Shown: positions 1 to 9,295 of the stretch, one piece after another | Layout of the letters: every line of letters begins with the position of its first letter | How positions within the stretch are numbered: the first letter of the stretch is position 1 | Source of the DNA: Deltaproteobacteria bacterium | Lineage (GTDB): Bacteria; Myxococcota_A; UBA9160; PR03 | Reading direction: 5' to 3' | Assembly: GCA_035063765.1 (NCBI GenBank) | Contig: JAPSFT010000010.1 | Span: 80,401 to 144,400 of the forward strand | DNA length: 64,000 nt | The notes under the pieces: generated by a model | Database searches by the model: none | What the model was told of the DNA's origin: nothing | The model's input: the letters and a program-made list of their open reading frames with translations, nothing else | Position numbers and translations under genes: made by a program

Positions 1-119
1 GTGCAGAGCACGAGGACGCCCAGGGTGACGGCGATCCACACGACGGGCGCGGGCAGGCGCGTCGCCTCGGCCAGGCGCTGCTCGATCGGCCGCACCCCTT
101 CGACACCGATCGCTGCCAT
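1..119 (-). CDS. 5' end (about 39 codons) of a membrane protein gene that runs out of the window
   Basis: ATG at 117-119 on the minus strand, preceded by GGAGGAGGA (complement of 128-136). Translation MAAIGVEGVRPIEQRLAEATRLPAPVVWIAVTLGVLVLC ends in a hydrophobic helix. Lies 39 nt downstream of the permease gene on the same strand. Confidence 0.4.
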   Translation of the reverse strand, partial: MAAIGVEGVRPIEQRLAEATRLPAPVVWIAVTLGVLVLC

Positions 120-158
120 CCCGCTCGTCCTCCTCCAGCGCCCCGCGCGGTGGCTAGG

Positions 159-1397
159 CTAGGGCGCCCGCAACGACTCCGCGGGCTCCACCCGGGCCGC
201 CCGTAGCGCCGGCAGCAGGCCCGCCGCGATTCCCACGAGCCCGAGTGCCGCGGCGATGCCCAGGACGGCGGCGGTGCCGAGCTCCGGCGGGGAGGTGAAG
301 CTCGAGCCCTGGGAGCGGATCAGCGCGGCCATGCCGCGGATCGCCAGCACGCCCAGCGCGGCGCCGAGTGCGCCCGACAGCACGCACACCGCTGCCGCCT
401 CGGCGAGGAACTGCACGAAGACGTCACGGTCGCGCGCGCCGAGCGCCTTGCGCAGGCCGATCTCGCGGCGCCGTTCGTTCGCGACGACGAGCATGATGTT
501 CATCACGCCGACGGCGCCGACCAGGATCGTGATGCCGCCGGCGGCGAACAGGAAGATCCGCAGGCCGAAGCCGATGCCGCGCACGAGGTCGAGGACGTCC
601 TGGATGCTCACGAAGGAGAGCGCCGTGTCGAGGCTCGGGTCGAAGTCGTGGTGCAGGCCGACGAGGGCGCGCGCCTGCTCCATCGTGGCGGCGGTGGCCC
701 CGGCGGTCTCCGGCGCGAAGACGATCACCTCGAGCGGCGCCTCGTGCTCGAACCAGCGCTGGACGGTCGTGTGGGGCAGGTAGAGCGCCTTGTCGTCCTG
801 GCCGCCCATGTTGACGAGCTGGTCGCCCTTGGCGCGGCCGACGCCGACCACGCGCACGCGCAGCGATTCGACCTGGAGCGTCTCGCCCACGACGTCGCTG
901 CGGCGGAACAGGCGCATGGCCACCTCGTGGCCGAGGAAGGCGACGCGCGCGCCGGCCTCCACCTCGCGCGCGCTGAGGAAGCGGCCGTATTCGGGCTCGA
1001 GGCGGCGGATCTCCGCGGACTCGGCCGCCACGCCGTACACCGTGAACAGGCGCGTGCGGCCCCCGCCGCGCACCACCGACGACCAGACCGCGATGTTCGG
1101 CGCGGCGTGCTCGACGAGCCGCAGCGTAGCCAGCCGCTCGGCGTCCTCGACCTCGAGCTCGACGGGGCGCGCCCCGCGCTCGCCCACCTTGTCCTTGATC
1201 ACGACCCCCGGGAAGGCCCAGACGATGCGCGGCCCCACCTCCTCGATCTCGCGCGAGAAGTGGCGGTCCATGCCGGTCACCGAGGCCGTCAGGTAGGTGA
1301 GCATGAGGGTGCCCCAGCTCACGCCGAGCGAGGTGAGCGCGAAGCGGAAGGCGTGGGCGCGCAGCGTGCGGACGGTCTCGGCGAGGAGATCGCGCAC
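159..1397 (-). CDS. ABC transporter permease, MacB/FtsX type (permease 2 of a pair)
   Basis: 412-aa ORF with GTG start at 1395-1397. N-terminal TM helix (FALTSLGVSWGTLMLTYL), long periplasmic domain, and a C-terminal FtsX-type bundle with MNIMLVVANERRREIGLRKALGARDRDVF. Confidence 0.9.
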   Translation of the reverse strand: MRDLLAETVRTLRAHAFRFALTSLGVSWGTLMLTYLTASVTGMDRHFSREIEEVGPRIVWAFPGVVIKDKVGERGARPVELEVEDAERLATLRLVEHAAPNIAVWSSVVRGGGRTRLFTVYGVAAESAEIRRLEPEYGRFLSAREVEAGARVAFLGHEVAMRLFRRSDVVGETLQVESLRVRVVGVGRAKGDQLVNMGGQDDKALYLPHTTVQRWFEHEAPLEVIVFAPETAGATAATMEQARALVGLHHDFDPSLDTALSFVSIQDVLDLVRGIGFGLRIFLFAAGGITILVGAVGVMNIMLVVANERRREIGLRKALGARDRDVFVQFLAEAAAVCVLSGALGAALGVLAIRGMAALIRSQGSSFTSPPELGTAAVLGIAAALGLVGIAAGLLPALRAARVEPAESLRAP

Positions 1398-1400
1398 GGC

Positions 1401-2636
1401 TCACTCCATCCGCAAGGTCACGGCGGGATCGACGCGTGCGGCGCGCCAGGCCGGGACCACGCCGGCCGCCACCCCCACCATCGTCATGACGGCGAGCGCC
1501 ACCCACACGAGAGACGCCTTCAGCACCGGCAGGGGGACGAGGTCCGGGACCTCGAGCCGGCCGAGACCCCAGGCGATCGCGACGCCGAGCGCTGCCCCGG
1601 CCAGGCCGCCGAGCGCGGTGATGGCGAAGGTCTCGACGAAGAACAGCCGCACGACGGCGCCGCGCGTGGCGCCGAGCGCCATCCGCACGCCGATCTCCTG
1701 GCGCCGCTCGTGCACCGCGTCGAGCATCATCGAGAGCACGCCGATCCCGCCCACGCCGAGCGTGGTGACGGCGAGGACGAGCATGAGCCCGCGGCTCTCG
1801 TCGAGCGGGAAGCGGTTCAGCATCTCGAGCGGGCTGAAGATGCCGACCGCCTCGTCGTCGTACGGCGACACCCCGAGCCGCTCGGCGAGGATCGCGCGCA
1901 CCTCCTGCTTGGCCTCCGCCACGAGCGCGCGGTCGCGGATCCGGAACACGATCTTCGAGACCACCGGCTCGTCGGTCCACCAGGCGGGCCAGAGCAGCTG
2001 CACGGTCGTGAGCGGCGCCCAGATCTGCTTGTCGATCAGCATCCGGTCCTGCGAGAGCTGGACCCCCACCCGCGCGTGCACGCCGACCACCTGGAAGGGC
2101 CGGCCGTCGAGCCGGATCCAGCTCCCGACTCCCCCCTGCGGGCCGAGGAGCGTGCGCCGCAGCTCGTCGCCGAGCACCACCACGCGGCGCCGGTGGTCGA
2201 GGTCGCTCTGGGTGATGGGGCGGCCCGCGGCGAGCGGGACGCCGCGCACGGCCTGCGCCTCGGGATCGACGCCGCGCAGGTCCACGTGGCGGGCGCGGCT
2301 CCCGAAGGTGGCGGCGGCCCACGCCCAGCTCTCGCCGCCGACCCGCTCCGAGAGCTGCGCGCGCTCGCGCAGCGCGAACAGGTCCTCCGACACGAACCAG
2401 AGCCAGCGGCGGTCCACCGCCGGCGTGAACTCCTCGCCGATCCGCCCCGCCCACGCCTCGCCCAGGTTGCGGCCGGCCTTGAAGAAGCCGCGCTCCATCA
2501 TGACCCGCACGCCGTCGCCCCAGCCGGTCAGGAAGATCACCGAGGCCGTGCCCCAGGTGATCCCGAAGAGCGTGAGCAGCGCGCGGCCCTTGTGGGCGCG
2601 CAGGGTCGCGAGCGCCTCGCGCAGCGCGTCGGCCAT
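1401..2636 (-). CDS. ABC transporter permease, MacB/FtsX type (permease 1 of a pair)
   Basis: Starts MADALREALATLRAHKG at ATG 2634-2636, overlapping the ATPase stop (ATGA). Same architecture as the neighbouring permease, with the C-terminal motif SMMLDAVHERRQEIGVRMALGATRGAVV. Confidence 0.9.
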   Translation of the reverse strand: MADALREALATLRAHKGRALLTLFGITWGTASVIFLTGWGDGVRVMMERGFFKAGRNLGEAWAGRIGEEFTPAVDRRWLWFVSEDLFALRERAQLSERVGGESWAWAAATFGSRARHVDLRGVDPEAQAVRGVPLAAGRPITQSDLDHRRRVVVLGDELRRTLLGPQGGVGSWIRLDGRPFQVVGVHARVGVQLSQDRMLIDKQIWAPLTTVQLLWPAWWTDEPVVSKIVFRIRDRALVAEAKQEVRAILAERLGVSPYDDEAVGIFSPLEMLNRFPLDESRGLMLVLAVTTLGVGGIGVLSMMLDAVHERRQEIGVRMALGATRGAVVRLFFVETFAITALGGLAGAALGVAIAWGLGRLEVPDLVPLPVLKASLVWVALAVMTMVGVAAGVVPAWRAARVDPAVTLRME

Positions 2637-3334
2637 CAGCCGGCTCCCGTGCGCCGGTCGCTCTCGATGCGGCCGTCGCGGATCGTGACGAGCCGCGGCG
2701 CGCGCCCGCCGATCGCGGGATCGTGGGTCACCAGCACGATCGCGTTGCCCTCGTCGTGGAGGCCGTGGAGGAGCGCCAGGATCTCCTCGCTGGTGCCGCT
2801 GTCGAGGTTGCCGGTGGGCTCGTCGGCGAGCAGCAGCGAGGGGGCGTTCACGAGCGCGCGCGCGATCGCGACGCGCTGGCGCTCCCCGCCCGACAGCTCG
2901 GCGGGGCGATGCTCGCCGCGCGCCTCGAGGCCTACCCGCGCCAGCGCCTCGTGCGCGCGGCGCACGCGCTCGGCGCGCGGCCGGCGCCGGTAGACGAGTG
3001 GCAGCGCCACGTTGTCGGCGGCCGACAGGCGCGGGAGCAGGTTGAAGCTCTGGAACACGAAGCCGATCCGTTCGCCACGCACGCGCGCGAGCGCGTCCGG
3101 AGCGAGATCGTCGACGGAACGGCCGCCCAGCCGGTAGCGGCCCCCGCTCGGCCGCGAGAGGCAGCCCAGGATCTCGAGCAGCGTGGTCTTGCCGGCGCCC
3201 GAGGGCCCCATCACCGCCACCCACTCGCCGGCCTCGATGCGCAGGTCGACCCCGCGCAGCGCATGGACGCGCCCGCGCCCGAAGTCGTAGTGCTTGTGGA
3301 CGCCCTCGAGCTCGATCACCGCGGGTGCGCTCAT
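2636..3334 (-). CDS. ABC transporter ATP-binding protein (MacB/LolD-type stand-alone ATPase)
   Basis: Walker A GPSGAGKTT, Q-loop, signature LSGGERQRVAIARAL, Walker B LLLADEPTGNLD, H-loop VTHD. The ATG at 3332-3334 overlaps the adaptor gene stop (ATGA). Confidence 0.95.
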   Translation of the reverse strand: MSAPAVIELEGVHKHYDFGRGRVHALRGVDLRIEAGEWVAVMGPSGAGKTTLLEILGCLSRPSGGRYRLGGRSVDDLAPDALARVRGERIGFVFQSFNLLPRLSAADNVALPLVYRRRPRAERVRRAHEALARVGLEARGEHRPAELSGGERQRVAIARALVNAPSLLLADEPTGNLDSGTSEEILALLHGLHDEGNAIVLVTHDPAIGGRAPRLVTIRDGRIESDRRTGAG

Positions 3335-4392
3335 GGCACCACCACCGCCTCGCCCGGCTCGGCGCCGGCCAGGATCTGCACGCGCGCGCCGTCCACGATC
3401 CCGAGCTCGACCGTGCGCGGTGAGGGCTCGGCACCGTCCCCGTTCCACACGTCGACCTGCACCTCGGTGCCCCGATAGCGGAGCGCCGTCTCGGGCACGA
3501 CGACGGCGTCCTCCACCACCTCGGTCACGATGTCGGCGTCGGCCGACATGCGCGGGCGCAGCCGTGTCGCCTCGGGGTCCACGATCTCGATCTCGACCTC
3601 GAAGTAGGTCACGTTCTGCACGCGCTGGCCGAGCGGCTTGATGCTGCGCACGCGTCCCGCGAAGACCCGATCGGCGAAGGCCTCGGTGCGCAGGCGTGCC
3701 GGCTGCCCGGGCTCGACGCGCGCCACCTCGTTCTCGTCGACGAGCCCCTTCAGGTGCACCTCGCTCCCACCGGCGATCGAGAGCAGCAGCGTGCCGCCCG
3801 TCACCGCCGTCACCGGTGACACCGCGTTGCCCTCCTCGATGGCGACGTCGAGCACGGTGCCGTCGAGCGGGGCGCGGATGGTCGTGTAGCGGAGCTGCAC
3901 CTCGAGCGAGGCGAGCCGTGCCTCGGCCTGGGCGAGCCCGGCCTGCGCGGTCTCGTGGCTCGCGCGCGCCTCGTCCTGCTTCTGGTCGGAGGCGGCGCCG
4001 CGCTCGTGCAGCGTGGCCATGCGCTCGAGCTCGATGCCGGCGTAGCGCAGGCCCACGCGCGCAGCCTCGACGGCCGCACGCGCCTCCCGGACCTGCGCCG
4101 CGAGCAGCTCCTTCTCGAGCTCGACGACGACCTGGTCCCGCTGCACGGTGTCGCCGTCGTCCACCAGGATGCGCTCGACGATGCCGGGCGTGCGCGGCCG
4201 CACCTCGACCTCGCGCTCGGGCTCGATCGTGCCGGTGGCGACCACGATCCGCTCGATGCGCCCGCGCTCGACCGGGGCGGTGGGCGGCGGCGCGCCGTCG
4301 CGGCCTCCCGAGCAGCCCGACGCGAGGAGGAGCGCGACGGCCAGCCCGGGGGCGGGTCGGGTCCGCGCTCGGGTGCGGAGCTGGGCCGACAC
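3331..4392 (-). CDS. Efflux periplasmic adaptor (HlyD/MacA-family membrane fusion protein), lipoprotein
   Basis: 353 aa. Lipobox LLLASGC. Barrel-sandwich/coiled-coil pattern (IEPEREVEVRPRTPGIVERILVDDGDTVQRDQVVVEL ... YTTIRAPLDGTVLDV). First gene of a four-gene minus-strand operon. Confidence 0.9.
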   Translation of the reverse strand: MSAQLRTRARTRPAPGLAVALLLASGCSGGRDGAPPPTAPVERGRIERIVVATGTIEPEREVEVRPRTPGIVERILVDDGDTVQRDQVVVELEKELLAAQVREARAAVEAARVGLRYAGIELERMATLHERGAASDQKQDEARASHETAQAGLAQAEARLASLEVQLRYTTIRAPLDGTVLDVAIEEGNAVSPVTAVTGGTLLLSIAGGSEVHLKGLVDENEVARVEPGQPARLRTEAFADRVFAGRVRSIKPLGQRVQNVTYFEVEIEIVDPEATRLRPRMSADADIVTEVVEDAVVVPETALRYRGTEVQVDVWNGDGAEPSPRTVELGIVDGARVQILAGAEPGEAVVVP

Positions 4393-4551
4393 GGACCGTC
4401 GATGCTACTCGACACGGACGTGGCGCAGCAATGCAGGCGGCGCGCTGCACGCTGCGGGCGGCTGATCACGGAGTCAGCGCCCGGCGGCCGGAGCGTCGAG
4501 CTCGCAGCGGACCCGCTCGAGCAGGCCCGAGGGGGTGGTGCGCGCGATCGC

Positions 4552-5622
4552 TCAGGACGGTCGCTCCGCCCGGGCTCGGGGGTCCACCGAGATCTCGTAC
4601 ACCGTCGTGTGGTGGTAGGGCTGGCCGGGCGCGATGCGTGCGGAGGGGAAACGCGGCTCGTTCGGCGCGTTCGGGAAGGCCTGGGCCTCGAGGCACACCG
4701 CCCCCCAGCGGCGCGGCCGGACGCCGTCGCGACAAGGGAGCGTGCCGTCCAGGAAGTTCCCCGTGTAGAGCTGGAGGCAGGGCTGGGTGGTGCGCACGGT
4801 GAGCACGCGGCCGCTGCGCGGCGCCGCGAGGCGCGCCGCCGGCAAGGCGAGCTCGCCCGGCGCGTCGAGCGCGAAGGGGTGGTCGTAGCCGCCCCGCAGC
4901 GCGACCAGGGCTTCGATCCGCTCGCCGAGCGCGCGCGGGCGCGTGAAGTCGAAGGGCGTGCCGGCGACGGGCTCGAGCGTGCCGGTCGGGAGCCCCGAGG
5001 CGTCGACCGGCGCGTAGCGGGAGGCGCGCAGCCAGAGCCGGTGATCGAGGACGGAGCTCGCGCCGCCGTCGTCGAGATGGAAGTAGGCGTGGCTCGCGAG
5101 GCTCAGGACGGTCGGGGCATCGGTCGTCGCGTGGTACTCGACGTGGAGCGCGCCCGCGGCGTCGAGCGCGTAGCACGCGCGCACCGAGACGGCGCCCGGG
5201 TGGCCCTCGTCCCCGTCCGGGCTCTCGATCCCGAGCCGCACGCCGGCCCCTCCCGGCAGCGCGAAGCGCTCGAGCTCGCGCCAGGGCCGCCGGCCGAGGC
5301 CGCGCGGCCCGCCGTGGAGATGGTGGGGGCCGTCGTTCGCCGGCAGGGCGTGGCGGCGCCCGTCGAGGGTGAAGGACGCGCCGCCGATCCGGTTCGCGTA
5401 GCGGCCCGCCGTCGCGCCCACGTGCGGGTGGTTGCCGAGATGATCGGCGGGTGTGGCGAGCGAGAGGACGACGTCGCCGGGGCAGCCCTCGCGATCCGGG
5501 ACGCGCAGCCGCGCCAGGGTGGCGCCGAAGGGCAGCACCTCGGCCTCGACGCCGGCGTCGCTGCGCAGCAGGATCGGGCGGAGCGCCGGGTCGTCTTCCG
5601 GGCGGCCCGCCGGGGTCTTCAC
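4552..5622 (-). CDS. Aldose 1-epimerase (galactose mutarotase family)
   Basis: Motifs GATAGRYANRIGGASFTLDG, HHLHGG and SLASHAYFHL. GTG start at 5620-5622 overlaps the upstream stop (GTGA). The exact start is uncertain. Confidence 0.85.
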   Translation of the reverse strand: MKTPAGRPEDDPALRPILLRSDAGVEAEVLPFGATLARLRVPDREGCPGDVVLSLATPADHLGNHPHVGATAGRYANRIGGASFTLDGRRHALPANDGPHHLHGGPRGLGRRPWRELERFALPGGAGVRLGIESPDGDEGHPGAVSVRACYALDAAGALHVEYHATTDAPTVLSLASHAYFHLDDGGASSVLDHRLWLRASRYAPVDASGLPTGTLEPVAGTPFDFTRPRALGERIEALVALRGGYDHPFALDAPGELALPAARLAAPRSGRVLTVRTTQPCLQLYTGNFLDGTLPCRDGVRPRRWGAVCLEAQAFPNAPNEPRFPSARIAPGQPYHHTTVYEISVDPRARAERPS

Positions 5623-6494
5623 TTCTTCGCGGCCAGGTACGCGATCCAGGCCGGGTCCTCCTCGGCGCAGGCGCGCGGCCGGAAGATCCCGTTCGGCTCG
5701 TTGGTCCCGGACTCGGTGCCTTCCCAGTAGACGGTGCTCGACGAGAAGCCGGCCTCGGCGAGCAGGTCGCGCAGCTCGGGCAGGGTCCACAGCCGCCAGT
5801 GGTAGCCGAAGACGCGCGGCAGGCGGCTCCCGTCGCGGAACTCGAAGTGGATGTAGCAGCTCGCGTCGTGGGTGATCGGGTCGAAGCGGGCCTGCTCCCA
5901 GACGTAGGTGAAGCCCTCGCAGCGGCGGCGCTCCTTGCGCTTCTCCATCGCCTCGGGCCCCCCGTAGGCGTCGAGGACGAAGAGCCCGTCCCGGGCCAGG
6001 GCGGCGTGGCAGCGGCGGAAGTAGCCGAGCAGCTCGCGGCGCTCCTTGAACAGGAAGAACGAGAAGTTGAAGGCGGCGAGCACGTCCACCCGGGGCGTGC
6101 GGGCCGTGCGCACGTCGCCCTGGAGCAGGCGCAGGCGCGCGGCCTGCTCGGGGCGCAGCTTCGCCACGTTGTGGGCGCGGCCCCAGGCGAGCGGCTCGGG
6201 GTCGAGGTCGACGCCCCAGGCCCGGTTCTCGCGGTGCGCCGCGACCCATGCGCTCGCGAAGGCGGCCGCGCCGCAGAAGTCCTCGCGCAGGGTGCGGGGC
6301 GTGCGGCCGTGGAGCCGCTCGTACATCCGCCGCACCCGGACCACGTCGCCCTCGGGATCCTGGACCGCGATCTGGTAGAGGGCGTAGCGGTCGGCCCGGG
6401 CGGCGGCGGTGGCGCCGCGGCGCCGTGCGACAGGGGGGGGCTGCGGCCCCGATGCCCCGAGCCGCAGATCCCGCAAGGAGTCCCGCATCCACAC
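5619..6494 (-). CDS. Class I SAM-dependent methyltransferase
   Basis: 291-aa ORF with high GC3. Rossmann-like methyltransferase pattern (TLREDFCGAAAFASAWV ... GVDLDPEPL ... VDVLAAFNFSF). Start is GTG 6494 or ATG 6488. Confidence 0.65.
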   Translation of the reverse strand: MWMRDSLRDLRLGASGPQPPPVARRRGATAAARADRYALYQIAVQDPEGDVVRVRRMYERLHGRTPRTLREDFCGAAAFASAWVAAHRENRAWGVDLDPEPLAWGRAHNVAKLRPEQAARLRLLQGDVRTARTPRVDVLAAFNFSFFLFKERRELLGYFRRCHAALARDGLFVLDAYGGPEAMEKRKERRRCEGFTYVWEQARFDPITHDASCYIHFEFRDGSRLPRVFGYHWRLWTLPELRDLLAEAGFSSSTVYWEGTESGTNEPNGIFRPRACAEEDPAWIAYLAAKK

Positions 6495-6631
6495 CCCCGT
6501 TCTGCGCGCGCGCTGCGCGCGAGCGGAGCAGCTTCGTGCGCGCTCCTCCCCTGCGCAAGAGCGCGGGAGGGCGGCGGCCGCGTCACCTTCGCGGCGCCGT
6601 GCGGACCCACGGAACAGCGGAGGTGTGCGTC

Positions 6632-6937
6632 ATGCCCGAGCTGATGGCCGAGCTGGAGCGGCGCGGGCAGCGCCGCGTGCAGCCCCGGACCGCGTGCGAG
6701 CTCTTCGTCGGCGCGCGCCGCTTCGAGGGCACGATCGAGGACGTCTCGCGCGGCGGTGCGTTCGTGCGGACCGACGCGCCGGTGCGGCGCGGCGCGCGGG
6801 TCCGCGTGCGCTGGGAGGGTGAGGAGCGCTTCGCGCTGGTGGTGCACGAGCGCCCGGTGCCCTCGTTCCTGCGTTGGGTCTCGACGCCGGGGATCGGGCT
6901 GCGCTGGACGCCGCTCGATTCCGCGCGTCCGCTCTGA
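6632..6937 (+). CDS. PilZ domain protein (stand-alone, 101 aa)
   Basis: ATG 6632 follows GGAGG at 6620-6624. Both PilZ c-di-GMP motifs are present: RRGQRRVQPR (RxxxR) and EDVSRGGAFV (D/NxSxxG). Confidence 0.8.
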   Translation: MPELMAELERRGQRRVQPRTACELFVGARRFEGTIEDVSRGGAFVRTDAPVRRGARVRVRWEGEERFALVVHERPVPSFLRWVSTPGIGLRWTPLDSARPL

Positions 6938-6980
6938 GCGGAGCACGGGGACCGCACCCTCGGGGGTTCCTGTCGGCCAC

Positions 6981-7029
6981 TTGACAGAAGTCGGGCGGCT
7001 CGCCTAGATACGAATCGGGTTCCGATTCG
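6981..7029 (+). promoter_or_regulatory. Sigma70-like promoter plus perfect 8-bp inverted repeat (candidate TetR operator)
   Basis: TTGACA at 6981-6986, an 18-nt spacer, then TAGATA at 7005-7010. Immediately after comes CGAATCGG-gtt-CCGATTCG (7011-7029). GAGGG then GTG at 7045 of the TetR gene follow. Confidence 0.6.
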
Positions 7030-7044
7030 CAACGAGGGCCGCCG

Positions 7045-7716
7045 GTGTCCGCTTCCCCTCCGCTCCACCCGCTCCCGCTCGCGAGCGTCGCGCGCCCGAA
7101 GCAGGCCCGCAGCGAGGCGACCCTGCAGCGGCTGCTCGACGCCGCCGAGGCGCTGATCGAGGAGACCGGCTCCGCGGAGATCTCGATCCCGGCGATCGTG
7201 CGCCGCGCGCGCTCGTCGGTGGGTGGCTTCTACGCGCGCTTCCGCGACAAGACCGAGCTCCTGCGCGCGCTCGAGGAGCGCTTCTTCCGCGAGCAGCAGG
7301 CCCGCCTCGAGCGCCTCACCCGGCCCGAGGCCTGGGGCCAGGCGGGCGTCGCGGAGATCGTGCGCTTCTGCGCGGCCGAGCTGGTCGGGGTCTTCCGCCA
7401 GCACCGCACGCTGATCCGTGCCTTCGTGGCGCGCGCGATCCACGACCTCGAGTTCCGCGGCGAGGCGCAGCGCTTCGAGCGCGCGGTGGCCGACCGCGTG
7501 ACGGCGCTCCTGCTCTCGCGCCCGGACGCGATCGGCCATCCGCGGCCGGCGCTCGGCGTCCGGGTCGCGGTCGCGATCGTGTTCGGCGCGATGACCGCCG
7601 GCGTGCTCTTCGGCGACCCGCGCGACGGCATCGCTTCGCTGCCCGCCGAGGAGGCCGCCGAGGAGCTCGCGCGGAACTTCCTCGGTCACCTGCAGGTCCG
7701 CTCGGCCGCACCCTGA
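7045..7716 (+). CDS. TetR/AcrR family transcriptional regulator
   Basis: 223 aa. N-terminal HTH region ARSEATLQRLLDAAEALIEETGSAEISIPAIVRRARSSVGGFYARFRDKTELL is typical of TetR_N. Confidence 0.9.
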   Translation: MSASPPLHPLPLASVARPKQARSEATLQRLLDAAEALIEETGSAEISIPAIVRRARSSVGGFYARFRDKTELLRALEERFFREQQARLERLTRPEAWGQAGVAEIVRFCAAELVGVFRQHRTLIRAFVARAIHDLEFRGEAQRFERAVADRVTALLLSRPDAIGHPRPALGVRVAVAIVFGAMTAGVLFGDPRDGIASLPAEEAAEELARNFLGHLQVRSAAP

Positions 7717-7736
7717 ACCCAGGAGAGCACGTCCCC

Positions 7737-8840
7737 GTGCGTTATTCCCAGCGCAATCCCCTTCCGATCCCCGCCGCCGGTGAGTTCCAGCGCGTCTCTT
7801 CGACGATCGACGCCGTCTTCGACTGGCAGTACGAGCTGAAGCGCCAGAAGCTGATGGAGCTCTACGAGAAGGGGAAGGCGGCCACCTGGAACGCCACCGA
7901 CCTCGACTGGTCGATCGACGTGGACATCGAGAAGATGGTGTCGCAGCGCCAGATGGCGGGCGGGGGCGGCGTCGTCAACCAGTTCCTGGCCCCCCCGCGC
8001 CCGCTCGACGAGCGCGAGGCGCTGACCCTCAACCTGAACATGAACGCCTTCATGCTCTCGCAGTTCCTGCACGGCGAGCAGGGCGCGCTCCTGGCGACGG
8101 CCAAGATCGTGGAGACGGTGCCCTGGGCGGAGGCCAAGTTCTACGCCGCCAACCAGGTGGCCGACGAGGCCCGTCACGTCGAGGTGTACCACCGCTACCT
8201 CACCGAGAAGCTCGGCGTCTCCTACGAGGTCCACCCGAGCCTCGCGACGATGCTCGACGACATCCTCCGCGACTCGCGCTGGGACGTCACCTACCTCGGC
8301 ATGCAGATCCTGATCGAAGGGCTCGCGCTGGCCGCCTTCGGCATGCAGAAGCTCATGATGGCCGAGGAGCCGCTGATCGTGGACATCACGACGCGGATCA
8401 TGGCCGACGAGTCGCGACACGTGGCCTTCGGCGTGATCTCGCTCGAGGAGGTCTACCAGGGGATGTCGGCTGCCGAGCTGCGCGAGCGCGAGGACTTCGT
8501 GATCGAGGCCACGCACCTGATGCGCGAGCGGCTGCTCATGCAGCCGGTCTTCGAGCGCCTCGGCTGGCCGCTCGAGGTGTGGATGCCGTGGGCGCTCGAG
8601 ACCCCCTTCATGCGCGGCTTCCGGCAGATGCTCTTCTCGAAGATCGTGCCCAACCTGAAGCGCCTGGGGCTGCTCACGCCGCGCGTGCGCGAGGCGTACG
8701 CGAAGCTCGACCTGCTGCGCTTCGAGCATCTGAAGGACTCCGTCGAGGACCCCGAGGTGCAGCCGCCGGCCGAGCTGGTGCAGCTCCTGCTCCAGGTACT
8801 GGCGAGCCGCCAGGCGGAGACGCCGGGCGCGCCGGGCTGA
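7737..8840 (+). CDS. Ferritin-like diiron-carboxylate protein (AurF/R2-like oxygenase fold)
   Basis: 367 aa. Two E...ExxH pairs (LHGEQGALL ... ADEARHVEVY and LIEGLALAAF ... ADESRHVAFG). N-terminal WNATDLDWS segment as in AurF-like proteins. Starts 20 nt after the TetR stop. Confidence 0.65.
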   Translation: MRYSQRNPLPIPAAGEFQRVSSTIDAVFDWQYELKRQKLMELYEKGKAATWNATDLDWSIDVDIEKMVSQRQMAGGGGVVNQFLAPPRPLDEREALTLNLNMNAFMLSQFLHGEQGALLATAKIVETVPWAEAKFYAANQVADEARHVEVYHRYLTEKLGVSYEVHPSLATMLDDILRDSRWDVTYLGMQILIEGLALAAFGMQKLMMAEEPLIVDITTRIMADESRHVAFGVISLEEVYQGMSAAELREREDFVIEATHLMRERLLMQPVFERLGWPLEVWMPWALETPFMRGFRQMLFSKIVPNLKRLGLLTPRVREAYAKLDLLRFEHLKDSVEDPEVQPPAELVQLLLQVLASRQAETPGAPG

Positions 8841-8890
8841 GCCTCACCGGGTCGCCAGGAACGCGCTCGCACGCCCCGCCGGCAACCCTC

Positions 8891-9295
8891 TCAGGGGCCG
8901 GCGCGCTCGACCTCCAGCTCGTGTCCGCGGAGCCGCCGCACCCGGACCGGTTCGCCCGCGGCGATCGGCGCCGTACCGGCCGCGCGCCGCGCGCGCCAGC
9001 GCTCCGGCCCGATCCGCACCCAGCCCTCGTCGTCGATCACGGTGTCGGCGACGCCGCTCTCGCCGATCGGTCCGTGGGGCGCGCGGCCGTCGGGCTCGTA
9101 GGCGCGCCGCACGACCGGGTAGAGGAGGGCGTCCTTCGCGAGCCAGGCGGCCATGCCGGCCAGCGCCCAGGGCAGCGGCAGAGCCCACCAGCGCATCGCG
9201 AGCGCGAGAATCACGGCGGCCAGGAGCCAGCCCGGCGCCTGGAGGAGCAGGTAGCGCCGCAGGGTGCCGGCGGCGGGCGCACGCGGCGCGCTCAT
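8891..9295 (-). CDS. NfeD-like membrane protein (two TM helices plus a C-terminal OB-fold-like domain)
   Basis: 134 aa. Helices LLLQAPGWLLAAVILALAM and LPLPWALAGMAAWLA, then a soluble tail GESGVADTVIDDEGWVRIGPERWRARRAAG...GEPVRVRRLRGHELEV typical of NfeD C-termini. The ATG overlaps the ALDH stop (ATGA at 9292-9295). Confidence 0.7.
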   Translation of the reverse strand: MSAPRAPAAGTLRRYLLLQAPGWLLAAVILALAMRWWALPLPWALAGMAAWLAKDALLYPVVRRAYEPDGRAPHGPIGESGVADTVIDDEGWVRIGPERWRARRAAGTAPIAAGEPVRVRRLRGHELEVERAGP

